Of a stretch of DNA of 64,000 bases, positions 54,248-64,000 are shown piece after piece; within the stretch, counting starts at the first letter, position 1, and each line of letters opens with the position of its first letter. The DNA is taken from the sequence record MN871449.1; one strand, given 5' to 3'. A program made the translations under genes and the position numbers. Below the pieces are notes generated by a model, which did not search any database, had not been told where the DNA came from, and worked only from the letters and a program-made list of their open reading frames with translations.

Positions 54248-54843
54248 TGGAAAAATTGATGTTCGTTTTCGATTTAGATGACACTAAATTCGAAACTGAA
54301 GTGGCGATGACTAACTGGATCAATCGGACCTTCAACTGTGGTCTGATTTGGAAGAACCGTCTCTCGAGAACCGATCCGTTTGAAGCGCCTTACCTCAAGG
54401 CGGTTTTAGAAGACGGCCATTTCATGGAAGAAGCAGAATGGGTTTCGGGCTTTGAGCAACTCCCTTCGCTCATTAAAGAAATGCAAACGGTCTTTGGTTC
54501 TCGCATTCAAACGATGTTCGCCACGCACCGCGGGTATCATCCTCGCGCAGCAGAGTTTACGCAGAAACAGTTTGATCGTCTGGGCATTGAGATGGAAGGG
54601 GTTTTCCTTGACCCTGCCATTGTACCGTGTAAAAAGACGTGGTTAGACCAGAACCTTAAGGGGTATCAGTATTACCTCTTTGACGATAACCCGCACTGGA
54701 ATGGTACTGATCGCAACGAAGTCAGTAACGTCTTTTTGATGGACAAGTTGTGGAACCAGAAAGAAACCGCTTACGAACGTCTGTTCACCTTCGATGACGT
54801 GAAGCAAAAAGTCTTCGATCTCGCGGTGAAGCATTTAGGGTAA
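54244..54843 (+). CDS. HAD-superfamily nucleotidase-like phosphatase
   Basis: FVFDLDDT motif I; ATHRG motif II; K; LFDDN motif IV. Confidence 0.8.
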   Translation: MMEKLMFVFDLDDTKFETEVAMTNWINRTFNCGLIWKNRLSRTDPFEAPYLKAVLEDGHFMEEAEWVSGFEQLPSLIKEMQTVFGSRIQTMFATHRGYHPRAAEFTQKQFDRLGIEMEGVFLDPAIVPCKKTWLDQNLKGYQYYLFDDNPHWNGTDRNEVSNVFLMDKLWNQKETAYERLFTFDDVKQKVFDLAVKHLG

Positions 54844-54848
54844 AACAC

Positions 54849-54880
54849 AAAGAGAGAGTCCATTTGGACTCTCTCTTTTA
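54849..54880. terminator. bidirectional terminator
   Basis: AAAGAGAGAGTCC-ATTT-GGACTCTCTCTTT. Confidence 0.8.
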
Positions 54881-54881
54881 A

Positions 54882-55007
54882 TTATTCATCTTTTTTATTT
54901 TTGTCATCAAACAGGATAGAAATAACAAACGCTGTTGTAGCCATGGTGACAAGAATACCGGTGCAAATAATTATAACGTCAACACCGGTAAGAGTACTCA
55001 CACCCAT
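54882..55007 (-). CDS. 41-aa single-TM peptide downstream of endolysin (not in ORF track)
   Basis: GAGG RBS; MGVSTLTGVDVIIICTGILVTMATTAFVISILFDDKNKKDE. Confidence 0.6.
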   Translation of the reverse strand: MGVSTLTGVDVIIICTGILVTMATTAFVISILFDDKNKKDE

Positions 55008-55017
55008 ATCGCCTCGC

Positions 55018-55662
55018 TTAAAGCGGTCGGCGTTTTTCGATTAAACAACCTTCCGCATACATGTTGTAAATAACTTTAGCCACTTCCCCACGCGTAATCA
55101 ACCCATCTTTGTTCACGTCGAGACCCTTGTTCTGGAGATAGGTCGTCGGACGCGTTTTATTGTCCCACATGACGTAAGAATCCGGTTTGGTCACGGCAAC
55201 GGGCCAGAGAATTCTTAAATACCAAGACGGCAGATCGTTCAGTTTCCCTTTATAAGGGATATACCATTTATACACGTAGTCTAGCTGTTGTACGTTGGTC
55301 ATGGACTTCCACTGATCAAGTGTGATCCCGACGTCTTTGCAGAATGCGGCACCGCCCTGAATGATTCCCCAGTAAGGCGCGCCTGCACCGTTTTTAATTG
55401 TGGGGCTAAAGGTACGGCCGGTTTCAAACGCCATGCACGACATCAAATGACTCGGATCACCGCCTAATTTTGCCACGATGTCTTTCGTCTTGTTGACGAA
55501 CTCCAGTGAGGGAATTGCACTCCACGCGATGTCATACTTCTCGAAAGAAGCATCAAGTGCCGCTTGCGAGTTCTTACCCCATAAACCATCAACGCCTTTC
55601 GGATCGAAACCCGCGTTCTTTAACGACTGCTGTAATTTTAATGCTGCGTTTTTATCAAACAT
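55018..55662 (-). CDS. modular endolysin: peptidoglycan-binding domain + lysozyme/SLT-like catalytic domain
   Basis: LQQSLKNAGFDP.GVDGLWG..S.AAL; CMAFETG.TFSP; GIIQ; Y.QN.GLD.NKDG.IT..E. Confidence 0.85.
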   Translation of the reverse strand: MFDKNAALKLQQSLKNAGFDPKGVDGLWGKNSQAALDASFEKYDIAWSAIPSLEFVNKTKDIVAKLGGDPSHLMSCMAFETGRTFSPTIKNGAGAPYWGIIQGGAAFCKDVGITLDQWKSMTNVQQLDYVYKWYIPYKGKLNDLPSWYLRILWPVAVTKPDSYVMWDNKTRPTTYLQNKGLDVNKDGLITRGEVAKVIYNMYAEGCLIEKRRPL

Positions 55663-55735
55663 AATTCACCTCTCAACTATTCTTTCATAGGATGATTATT
55701 GCGGGCCGGCAAAATAAAAAACTTAAGAGAATAAA

Positions 55736-55763
55736 CCTCAAGGAACCCGAAGGTTCCTTGAGG
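55736..55763 (-). terminator. terminator after tail tube
   Basis: CCTCAAGGAACC-CGAA-GGTTCCTTGAGG (UUCG loop on - strand). Confidence 0.75.
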
Positions 55764-55789
55764 AATCTATTTACTAAGGTGTTGATAAC

Positions 55790-56665
55790 TTAGATCGCCA
55801 CACCAGGTTTAGACAGGCTCGAAACTAATTGTTCGATATACCCGTCGTCTCTTGCCGCCACGTCTGCTTCACGATCGCTCAGGAAGGCAGGTTGGGCGTT
55901 AAGATCGATACCCGTCTGGGACGCGCGGTCCAGCATCATCTGACCGAGCTTATCAACGCCGCGACCTACCATCTGCAGACCGGTCATCGTCAAGGATACC
56001 TGGAGCTGTTCCGGTGAAGAGGTCTGATCTTTTGACATGCGCATTTCTGGGCCTTGGCCGGTCGGTTGCATGTTAGTGATCAGCGTAGAACGCAACGCGT
56101 AACGTTCGGTCGGATCCGGTTCCACAAACAGGATGGAGAAGGTGTTGTAATCCGGGTAAGTTGCAGCCGGGGTAATACCACCTTTACCAATAATCCCTGC
56201 GACGTTGGAGTTCGGTTCGCCCATGAAGTACAGGATGTAGTTGTTCCAGTAACGGGAAACCGGCATCCCTACTTTTTCTACCCAGGTAAAGACCGGGACA
56301 GAACGAGCGCGACGAACCTTGGACAGCGTTTGCATCATTTCGCCGCCGCCACCGAACGGGGTTTCAACGTGTTCTACTTCCAGCGTGTAATCAATACCGT
56401 CGATCGTACGAGCGTGCATCTCGATTAGCGCTTTCAGTGAACCGCCCCATTTTTCCGGGTCATCGGTGTCTTTGAAGCAGTTAGGCAACTCCATCAGAAA
56501 CGCGATGGTCGGGCGACGAGTATAATCGGCCGCAGCGTGGTAATAACGGAAGTCAGGGGTATAGCCATAGGGTGCTGGGATTTCCAAGTTCGTCACGGGA
56601 CCATTGGCCCCGTTAGCGTACGAACTATTAGCACTCATGACTGTGTTCGGATCTTTCTTAGCCAT
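55790..56665 (-). CDS. tail tube protein
   Basis: 291 aa directly downstream of sheath, 8-nt overlap; phiKZ-like tube size and position. Confidence 0.85.
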   Translation of the reverse strand: MAKKDPNTVMSANSSYANGANGPVTNLEIPAPYGYTPDFRYYHAAADYTRRPTIAFLMELPNCFKDTDDPEKWGGSLKALIEMHARTIDGIDYTLEVEHVETPFGGGGEMMQTLSKVRRARSVPVFTWVEKVGMPVSRYWNNYILYFMGEPNSNVAGIIGKGGITPAATYPDYNTFSILFVEPDPTERYALRSTLITNMQPTGQGPEMRMSKDQTSSPEQLQVSLTMTGLQMVGRGVDKLGQMMLDRASQTGIDLNAQPAFLSDREADVAARDDGYIEQLVSSLSKPGVAI

Positions 56666-58727
56666 TTGCTAATTCCTCTCTGGTGTATGCGACAGAAGAC
56701 ATATCCATTACGGTACGGAACGCGTTAGCACCGAAGTCAATGCGCATAGACCAAGAATAACCACGTTCTTTATCGGCCTGGGTAATCTCAGAATGCGGCG
56801 TAAAGATCAGGCGGTTATCGAAGGCACCGGCACCGCGGGTGCTCACGATTTCGTCAGAGCGCTCAATCAACTGATCGTCGGTGAGTTTCTGAGTACCGCT
56901 CAGGTCACGCCACGCTTCGAAGGCGAAGCGGTTCAGGTTAGCCACGCACAGACCCACGATAGCCGCCTTCAGTACGGAACCTTGTTCGCTGTAGAACGAC
57001 TGCTGGCCCGGGTAGAACTGCGAACCGGTATCGTAGTCTTCTACGTAAACCAGGTTGTTGTTCCACTGCGCACGACGAACGCGCCAGGATTTATCGAGGT
57101 TGTTAATATTTTTAACCACCTGGACTTTCCGGTTCTCACCTTCATCCACCGCGTATTCCGGTTTGAGTACACCGTCAGAAGCACCGGCATACTGACAGTA
57201 AGCACGGAAACGGTCGAGAGTCAGCGGGACCGCCAGCTTACGCGTAGTTTCCGTGTAATAACCTGCACCACCTACGATCATACCGCGGAACGCCGGGGTA
57301 CCGAAATCAGAGGAGTCCGGGAAAGCGTTTACGCGAGACATCAGGGACAGCGCGATCGATTCTTCTTCTTCATTGCTGTTGAAGTCGAGACTGATGTCCT
57401 GAGTCGACAGGGCGATCCAGGTGTCTGCACGCAGACCGATCAGTTGCGGAATCAGTTGTTTGGTCTTCAGGTCGAAACCGGAGTCCCAGAACGCATTGAA
57501 CGGATAACGCGCGTAGTTACCGATATTGAAAGATGCGCCGCTGGACATGTTGAACAGCACCAGGTTAGCGGCAGCGTTGAAACTGGCGTTACCCAGCGTA
57601 CCGTCACCACCGCCTTGCAGGTAGTTGGTGGAGGTTTCTGTCAGCGTGACGCCACCGTCCAGTACGCCCATAATCTGAACAGCGTGATACGGTACACCTT
57701 CTACCGTCTGCGCGCCGAACAGGTTAATTGTGTAGAGATCCGCTTCATCGTCAGAAACCGTACCGAAGGTGGATTCCACCGACTGTACTGCTTTCAGGAC
57801 GGTATCAATGTTGGACTGATACAGGTACGGCGCATCGATCGGCGACATCAGGTAAGTCGATGGATCTTCGTCGTTGTAACGACTTTCGATACGTTCCGCG
57901 AAATCGTAAACCACTTCGGTCTGCGGATCGACTAAGTTCTCACCGAAACCGACCGACAGAGACGCTTCATTATAGATCGTCTCAAAAATAGTTGGTGAAC
58001 TGTTTTTATCGGTACGGGTCAGGAGCTGGAAGCGGTACAGGAACGATTTGATACGTTCTTGCAGATCGGCATCAGCGGCCTGAGTCGAATTGACAGTCGG
58101 TGCCCAAATACGGATCGCTGTATTCGCGCCGAGAGACGATTTATAACGGCAACGGAAATCGGCCAGTGGCGTGATCGTTGACGGGTTCTCAGCGGTACCG
58201 ATTGTCCCCGCAGAAGCGGTACGTTTTTTGTACTGGGAAACGCCCGACTCGTCCGTCTCGATTTTAGAGAGAACAAAGCGGAACTTGATCCCGTCTACTT
58301 GCGTGGCCAGCGGAATTTTGTCACCGTTGGTATCGGTTTTATAAGTTCCGTCGTCGTTACGCTCATAGTCGTCGATTTTGGTTTTTACCCAATCGACGGA
58401 GAGACCCAGCGTGGCGACGTCAGGGATATCTGCCGGTTCCAGACGCAAGGCCAGGAACTGGTTACCCGCTGCAATCGCTTCCTTAATAAAAGGAGTACTG
58501 TGGGTCGCATAAACGCCGGAAAGGTTGGTAGTTTCGCTACCGTAAATGTCTTCGAATTTTACCGGATCGATCCAGGTAGGGACAGTTGGACCTTTCTGGC
58601 CGAAGAACATGATGAGCGGTCGATGAAGAGCCAGGGTCGTCGTTGAACCCGTAGAACGGGTGAACGAAATATCCTTCGTACCGCGGTAATAAATTCTGGG
58701 TGTTGATCCCGTAATTTGTTCTGACAT
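56658..58727 (-). CDS. contractile tail sheath protein
   Basis: 689 aa; YPF..FWDSGF...TK, RG.IV, sheath C-domain; recalled as near-identical to phiKp24 sheath. Confidence 0.92.
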   Translation of the reverse strand: MSEQITGSTPRIYYRGTKDISFTRSTGSTTTLALHRPLIMFFGQKGPTVPTWIDPVKFEDIYGSETTNLSGVYATHSTPFIKEAIAAGNQFLALRLEPADIPDVATLGLSVDWVKTKIDDYERNDDGTYKTDTNGDKIPLATQVDGIKFRFVLSKIETDESGVSQYKKRTASAGTIGTAENPSTITPLADFRCRYKSSLGANTAIRIWAPTVNSTQAADADLQERIKSFLYRFQLLTRTDKNSSPTIFETIYNEASLSVGFGENLVDPQTEVVYDFAERIESRYNDEDPSTYLMSPIDAPYLYQSNIDTVLKAVQSVESTFGTVSDDEADLYTINLFGAQTVEGVPYHAVQIMGVLDGGVTLTETSTNYLQGGGDGTLGNASFNAAANLVLFNMSSGASFNIGNYARYPFNAFWDSGFDLKTKQLIPQLIGLRADTWIALSTQDISLDFNSNEEEESIALSLMSRVNAFPDSSDFGTPAFRGMIVGGAGYYTETTRKLAVPLTLDRFRAYCQYAGASDGVLKPEYAVDEGENRKVQVVKNINNLDKSWRVRRAQWNNNLVYVEDYDTGSQFYPGQQSFYSEQGSVLKAAIVGLCVANLNRFAFEAWRDLSGTQKLTDDQLIERSDEIVSTRGAGAFDNRLIFTPHSEITQADKERGYSWSMRIDFGANAFRTVMDMSSVAYTREELANG

Positions 58728-58758
58728 GTCTTTTGCCTCTTAAAAAGAGTGGGTACCG

Positions 58759-58769
58759 CATAAATTATG
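58759..58769. promoter_or_regulatory. back-to-back TATG late-promoter-like motifs
   Basis: CATA-AAT-TATG between divergent sheath and baseplate genes. Confidence 0.4.
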
Positions 58770-58890
58770 TAGCTACTTGATGACGCTAAATCCAAGCTTG
58801 GGTGGTTTTTAAACCATAGTTTACCGGTAATACGGAAACGTCGTCATATTAACATTCTATAGGTCACGGTCATTATCGGAGAATTAAGCA

Positions 58891-59829
58891 ATGTTTAAAC
58901 ACAGTTTTGACACCTCAGCCGGCAGTTCTATTTTTCCTGCGAGTCTACCCGGGAAGATGTTGGTGGCGAACGCAGAAGGTGCATTAACCCCAATTAACCA
59001 CTTTAAAGGGCTGTTCGCGGTACTGGAGAAAACCCCAGAATTGGAAGCCATTCCTGTCTTTCGTCATCCCCTTTCTCAAGAAGTTCAAAGTATACCGTAT
59101 ACATATATTGATCTTCGCCCTTACCGCGGGACGTTAAAATTAAATGCAGACGGCACCACAGACTTTGTTAATGAAGGTTCTGTCGGGATCATTTTCCGCC
59201 GTGCTGTTCTGGAGATGGCTTGGTCGGAAGGGAATATCGATGCGTTCTATTTCAACGTCGATGTCCCGTTGGCAATCTTTGCTAAGTGGTTAACTGGGCT
59301 GCTCAAAAACAAACTGAACCTGAATGAGCTGGTTGCAGAAAAACTCAAAGCAATCACTGCTTATTATTACTACTGCTTACACTGCGATGCGAAAGACTTT
59401 AACGATCGTCGTCACGAGGTCTTCTGCGTGAAGATCAGTCGCATCCTGAATATCCCTTATCAGAAACTGGATTTGTGGTTGCGTCCGGTTGGCTACATGG
59501 CGAACCTCGATGACTATTGCAAAGCGTTAGCTGAATTCGGTGAGAGTTTATCACTGAAACGAATTGACAAACGCATTCTCTGGACGTTGACATCAACTAG
59601 CTGGTTTGGTAGTTCAGAAGTCCGTGAGCAATTGGCCGTGGCGCTCGAATACCCGCCGATGTTTATTGCCATGATTTATTCAGCGTGTGCCGGTGAAAAA
59701 CAATACCGTAAAGCATGGTTAACGCAGTTGATTGACCGTGAAGGTCGTAATCTGAAAACCGACGATTTCGTTGCTCGTGTTAACGACCTGATCGCATTGA
59801 CGGCGAATCATCACGAGAAAACTTATTAA
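58891..59829 (+). CDS. conserved phiKZ-like virion/baseplate protein
   Basis: Divergent from sheath, as in SPN3US/phiKZ-like synteny; ALEYPPMFIAMIY motif. Confidence 0.65.
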   Translation: MFKHSFDTSAGSSIFPASLPGKMLVANAEGALTPINHFKGLFAVLEKTPELEAIPVFRHPLSQEVQSIPYTYIDLRPYRGTLKLNADGTTDFVNEGSVGIIFRRAVLEMAWSEGNIDAFYFNVDVPLAIFAKWLTGLLKNKLNLNELVAEKLKAITAYYYYCLHCDAKDFNDRRHEVFCVKISRILNIPYQKLDLWLRPVGYMANLDDYCKALAEFGESLSLKRIDKRILWTLTSTSWFGSSEVREQLAVALEYPPMFIAMIYSACAGEKQYRKAWLTQLIDREGRNLKTDDFVARVNDLIALTANHHEKTY

Positions 59830-59837
59830 AGTAGAAG

Positions 59838-62396
59838 GTGCGTGTAATGAATTCCGTAACCGAAAGTTTCCTTCTCGATCATGCACGCACGAATTTGTGG
59901 TGTGCACCTATTCAGGATCGTCAGGTCATTCTCGATCTGACGCGAATCAGTCGAGACAGTGGTGCGAAAGTTTCCAGTACCATTCTCTGGGTTGATACCC
60001 CATTACCTACCGAAGGCGACGTCTATCATCTTTATCAGATCGGGGCAAACAGTCGTTGGCGTACAGGTCTCCCTGACGTTCGCGGAAAATGGATGGCGTT
60101 GGGACCTTACAGCGAAGCGACTGCGCTGATCATTGACCTCTATCTGGAAACGGGCGTTAAACTCCCGCTCTTTAGCAGTTACGTTCTTCGTACCTACGAC
60201 GACAATTTGATCATTGCGATTAAAGAGCACGCTATCTTTGGCGAGTTAAGTGAAAAGAAAGCGTATCTCAGAATTTACAACAACGCCTTTTTCCGTTCAG
60301 AGCGAAGTAATAACATCGGTCAGAAAGTGGCTTATATCGGCAGAGAGATTACTAAGCAAACTGATATCGCTGCGTTTATTAATGGGTTGCGGCCGCTGCA
60401 AACCTTAACCGGTGTAACCAATATTTACCATAATGGCGTGTGGAAGCCGGAAATCAAATCGACTGATATTTCCATTGGTGACCTGGTTGAGGCAGTTTAC
60501 GACGCCGCGGTGAGTCACGTGGTGGACTTCAAAGTCTCGTCGCTGTACGACTATACGTCGACGTTAGACAACCTGAAGAAGTACCTGCTGCACCCGAGTA
60601 AAAATACGCACGATAACGAAATCTATTACGTCGACGATATCGATTTGTTCATGTACAAAGTCGGCGCGAATGATTCGGTTTCAGGTCGCTATTATCACCG
60701 CAATAAAGAGAACAGTCTGCGTAACGTAACTCATGCTGATTACAGTATTCCGACGGGTTATGTTTCGGCTTATCTGAATGATGGCTGGACAACGTACGAC
60801 AACCTTTATATTCGTCTTCATCTTCGTGAGTCCGGTTTTAAACGCCCTCTCATCGACGAGGTGAATCGGATTGAAACACTTTACCGTTTAAGCGACACTG
60901 ACATTCTCAGAGCAATGATTGGACTCGATTCCACGTTGGCTGAGTGGCGTGTAGAGAACCTGGAAAACTCTCTTTATACGGCGATCATGCGAAACTTCTG
61001 GGGCTCGTTTACAGCGACGGACGTCATCAACGCTTACGGTTACAACGCATTAGCAAAACTCTTTGCGTTAAACCCAACGAAGGTGACGCCTTCCTCGAAC
61101 GGTGGTTTTGTCGATCTACCCTTTGGACTCTCGCTCTGTTCTACGCTCTTTGAGTACGACGAAGACGGGGTGTTGTTGGGCTGGAATCAGCACGGTTACT
61201 CGGAACGCTACTTCGTGAAGAATGAGCGGGCAGCGCTGGTTGAGGGGTTCATGGGGTGGGGTAAGAAAGCCATTACCTGGGCGCCCAGTAACAACAACTA
61301 CACGCTGGACGATAAGTACCAATACTACTTCTTTAAAGCGGCGATCAACAAAGGAGTTGTCTCCGACGTCTGGGAACCGGCCGTAGAAGGGACGGATTAC
61401 ACGGTCTTAAATAATGTCGTCACGTGGATTCACGTCAAGGCCAGAAACATGGGCCTGATCCTCAGTAGCTCTGAGGCGCTTGTATACGATCAGGTTGTAG
61501 GGAGTTCGGACGGGATCTTCCGCTTTACACTGACCTACGGTAAGACGCTCGGGACGATTCTTCCTATTCGGCCACAACAACTGCGCGTGTGGATGAATGG
61601 CCATCCGTTGATTGAAGGGCTCGACTATATCCTGGACGGAAATAAAGGAACGGTCATCACCAATCGTTACTACGATGAAACGTTAGGCAACAGTCAAAAC
61701 TTTACTTTTGCCTGTTTAGGTTGGGAAACGCCAAGCGCGAAGTACAAAAGACCGCTGAATATCGGATTCGTGGATCACGGTTATGTCAGTGTGAACGGTA
61801 CGTTTGATATTCGTGACGACAAGGTTATACGTACGATTATTGACGGGAAAGTGGTTGACCCTTCAACAGTGCCGTTTATTGAAGACGCTGACGAAAAACA
61901 AATCCCGTTACTCCCTAACGGCTTACCTTACTGCGAAGAGACGGTTTTCGTTCCGCTGTACGGGATATCGACGAATGCGAACGCTGAGTTGATTCAGATG
62001 GGTGCCGAAAGCGATAAGCGTGTCAGTGACTACATGACGTTGAAGTACCCGGAGAAGGTCTTAACCGGCCCTAACCCAATCAGCGAACGTTATCGGATGT
62101 TCTCGGTAGTGATCACACGACTGATCTTCGATCTTGATAACGGAACCATCACTGAGCCGTTGAACGTTAATGACAAAGTCTCGCTTGACCGTGTCATGAA
62201 GAACTACAGCGAGTACCTCGATATTGACCCGTGCCGAAGCGTCTGGAATACAAACTACATTTTCATTGACGCACATCCGTTTAGCTCCGCCGTCGCGGTA
62301 ACCACAAAGCGCTGGAAGTTCCTTCAGAACGTCAATCAGTATTACCTGAATAATCGTCTGTCGCTTAATAACTATTTCTTTATAAAGGAATCCTGA
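59838..62396 (+). CDS. large baseplate-type virion structural protein
   Basis: LLDHA..NLWC.P.QD.Q N-terminus and WMNG..LIEGLDY, typical of this phiKZ-like gene. Confidence 0.75.
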   Translation: MRVMNSVTESFLLDHARTNLWCAPIQDRQVILDLTRISRDSGAKVSSTILWVDTPLPTEGDVYHLYQIGANSRWRTGLPDVRGKWMALGPYSEATALIIDLYLETGVKLPLFSSYVLRTYDDNLIIAIKEHAIFGELSEKKAYLRIYNNAFFRSERSNNIGQKVAYIGREITKQTDIAAFINGLRPLQTLTGVTNIYHNGVWKPEIKSTDISIGDLVEAVYDAAVSHVVDFKVSSLYDYTSTLDNLKKYLLHPSKNTHDNEIYYVDDIDLFMYKVGANDSVSGRYYHRNKENSLRNVTHADYSIPTGYVSAYLNDGWTTYDNLYIRLHLRESGFKRPLIDEVNRIETLYRLSDTDILRAMIGLDSTLAEWRVENLENSLYTAIMRNFWGSFTATDVINAYGYNALAKLFALNPTKVTPSSNGGFVDLPFGLSLCSTLFEYDEDGVLLGWNQHGYSERYFVKNERAALVEGFMGWGKKAITWAPSNNNYTLDDKYQYYFFKAAINKGVVSDVWEPAVEGTDYTVLNNVVTWIHVKARNMGLILSSSEALVYDQVVGSSDGIFRFTLTYGKTLGTILPIRPQQLRVWMNGHPLIEGLDYILDGNKGTVITNRYYDETLGNSQNFTFACLGWETPSAKYKRPLNIGFVDHGYVSVNGTFDIRDDKVIRTIIDGKVVDPSTVPFIEDADEKQIPLLPNGLPYCEETVFVPLYGISTNANAELIQMGAESDKRVSDYMTLKYPEKVLTGPNPISERYRMFSVVITRLIFDLDNGTITEPLNVNDKVSLDRVMKNYSEYLDIDPCRSVWNTNYIFIDAHPFSSAVAVTTKRWKFLQNVNQYYLNNRLSLNNYFFIKES

Positions 62397-62397
62397 A

Positions 62398-64000
62398 ATG
62401 ACCACATCGACCACGAGTAGTGGGGTGCGTTACGCATTAGCGTTAACGGACAGTACGCCGTCTGACGTCCCCATTTGGAACCCGAATGGATTATGGAAAG
62501 AATGGGACATGTCCGAGATCTATGTCGGACCAGCAGGGATTGGTAGCGGTAACAAAGGCCGGTTTGTGCCGAATGTTGGTAACCGTATCTTCGACAAAAC
62601 TTCAGGTCTCTATATCGTTACCGAAGTCGATACCTCAACATTACTTTCTAAGTGGATTGCGTACAATGTTCCTACTACGATTGATAACTCCATCGATATT
62701 CTGCTGGGAGTCGGTAGCCGTTACCCGCAACCTGGCTATTTCGTTTATGTCGACAATACCGTTTCACCACCGGAGATGGCATTCGACAGTTTAATGAGAG
62801 CCTATCAACCTACTGCGACTTACGTGCGAGTTTTCTCTAACATGTCCAGTACTGGTAACCTCGAAGTGCTTTCAGCGTATTACAATCAGTCCGGTGAACT
62901 CGAAAGCGATAAAATCCCTCTGATGACAATCGATGGGGATGGAACCGGTAATTACCGTATTCCCGTGACTGCCAACGCTACGCGTAAAATCACCAACGGT
63001 GAGACAGTCCTGGTGGTGTTCTACGACGCTGCGGGGTTACCGACGTCCCGTTTCACAATGACCGTTGTTGACTCTGGTATTATTCGTCAATCGAATTCAG
63101 CGAAACGTTCTATTGACTCGGTCGCCTTGGTCAGCAGTTACCTGTCGGCAACCGACCCTAACCGCCTGAATGTTCCGGTCAATCTTCTGATGACCTCCAT
63201 CGATGTCAGCGCGAAGGTAACGTACACTGATGGCAGCTCGGTCATTAAACCGGTGGACGGCAGTAAGATCTACCTGTCTGGTTTAGCGGAGTTTATCCCG
63301 ACGCAATCGGGTCAAAACAGCCCACTGACGCTTTTCTATCAGCTCGACACGACAGAGAGCTTTAAAGGGACAACGACAGCTTCTGGAACGATCACGGTTC
63401 CCTATACGATCGAAACTGTAACTTTACCGAATGCCTATGCGGTTAAACTCTTCATGTTCCCGGAATGGCAGCGGAACGGTAACGGGTTTAAGCTCCGTCA
63501 CTTTATGTATTCGCTCGATCGTCTGGCGATGTACGAAGTGACCGATATCGTCGAAGCGTCGCCGGGTTCGGCGGTTTGGGACCCTACGCTTTACAACACC
63601 AAACAGCACATGATATTTGCGCTTGATATTTCCAAAGTCTCTGCTTCGTTTGGCTCCTATCGACATGTACAGAGCAACGACATCACCCTGATGGCCAATG
63701 GTGAATCGGGCGTTGATAGTCCGTGGTACGTCAACTACGAACTGGGTGACGAAGACTACGGCGGATCGTTAGAATGTCGTCTGAAATACATTTCGTCTCA
63801 GGTTTGGTCGACTGACCTTACCATGGGAGCCCAGACACAGAACGAATGGCTGGATCGGTTATATTACCGTCTTCACCCGTTGTTTGACACTGAGACAGAA
63901 ACGGAAGCGCCGATGCCGACGCACTTCATTCTTCAGGTGGATAACATTCGAGTCAGACAACCGATCTCTGCCTGGAACACGACGTTTACCATTGCAACCG
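62398..64000 (+). CDS. virion/baseplate structural protein (partial, runs off the window)
   Basis: AAGGA RBS; W...EIY.G..G...VPNV motif; frame appears to stay open (absent from ORF track, consistent with no stop in window). Confidence 0.75.
   Translation, partial: MTTSTTSSGVRYALALTDSTPSDVPIWNPNGLWKEWDMSEIYVGPAGIGSGNKGRFVPNVGNRIFDKTSGLYIVTEVDTSTLLSKWIAYNVPTTIDNSIDILLGVGSRYPQPGYFVYVDNTVSPPEMAFDSLMRAYQPTATYVRVFSNMSSTGNLEVLSAYYNQSGELESDKIPLMTIDGDGTGNYRIPVTANATRKITNGETVLVVFYDAAGLPTSRFTMTVVDSGIIRQSNSAKRSIDSVALVSSYLSATDPNRLNVPVNLLMTSIDVSAKVTYTDGSSVIKPVDGSKIYLSGLAEFIPTQSGQNSPLTLFYQLDTTESFKGTTTASGTITVPYTIETVTLPNAYAVKLFMFPEWQRNGNGFKLRHFMYSLDRLAMYEVTDIVEASPGSAVWDPTLYNTKQHMIFALDISKVSASFGSYRHVQSNDITLMANGESGVDSPWYVNYELGDEDYGGSLECRLKYISSQVWSTDLTMGAQTQNEWLDRLYYRLHPLFDTETETEAPMPTHFILQVDNIRVRQPISAWNTTFTIAT

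Noticed and set aside
56793-57935. 380-aa + strand ORF antisense to the tail sheath
   Set aside because: Shadow ORF of a strongly codon-biased gene; no RBS context, no motifs
1-64000. tRNA genes, CRISPR arrays, IS elements, stop-codon recoding
   Set aside because: No cloverleaf with T-loop in intergenic DNA, no regularly spaced repeats, no transposase motifs; the standard code gives dense, uninterrupted gene coverage

Overview
A 64 kb segment of a lytic jumbo myophage of the phiKZ-like group (Chimalliviridae). The 689-aa tail sheath looks, from memory, near-identical to that of Klebsiella jumbo phage phiKp24, so a Klebsiella/enterobacterial host is likely; this was not checked by search. The standard genetic code fits. 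About 100 densely packed + strand accessory genes sit in operons punctuated by hairpins and a 23-nt early-promoter-like motif (7 copies). Genes on the - strand include two depolymerase tailspikes, a glycosyltransferase pair, a processed head protein, endolysin, tail tube and tail sheath. Baseplate-type genes close the window. Recognisable accessory functions are DHFR, a Prs-like + Nampt-like pair (NARP1-type NAD reconstitution), PhoH, thymidine kinase, a HigA-like antitoxin, a small alarmone hydrolase, SLOG, DHH and HAD enzymes, and a YgiB-like lipoprotein. The top leads are (1) a three-gene exported module resembling a minimal chaperone/usher/pilin fibre system, (2) a stand-alone 55-aa gene mimicking the redox-active C-terminal tail of ribonucleotide reductase NrdA, and (3) an early island of membrane microproteins containing a structured-RNA candidate. 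No tRNA, CRISPR array or integrase was seen. All homology calls come from motif recognition, not database searches.
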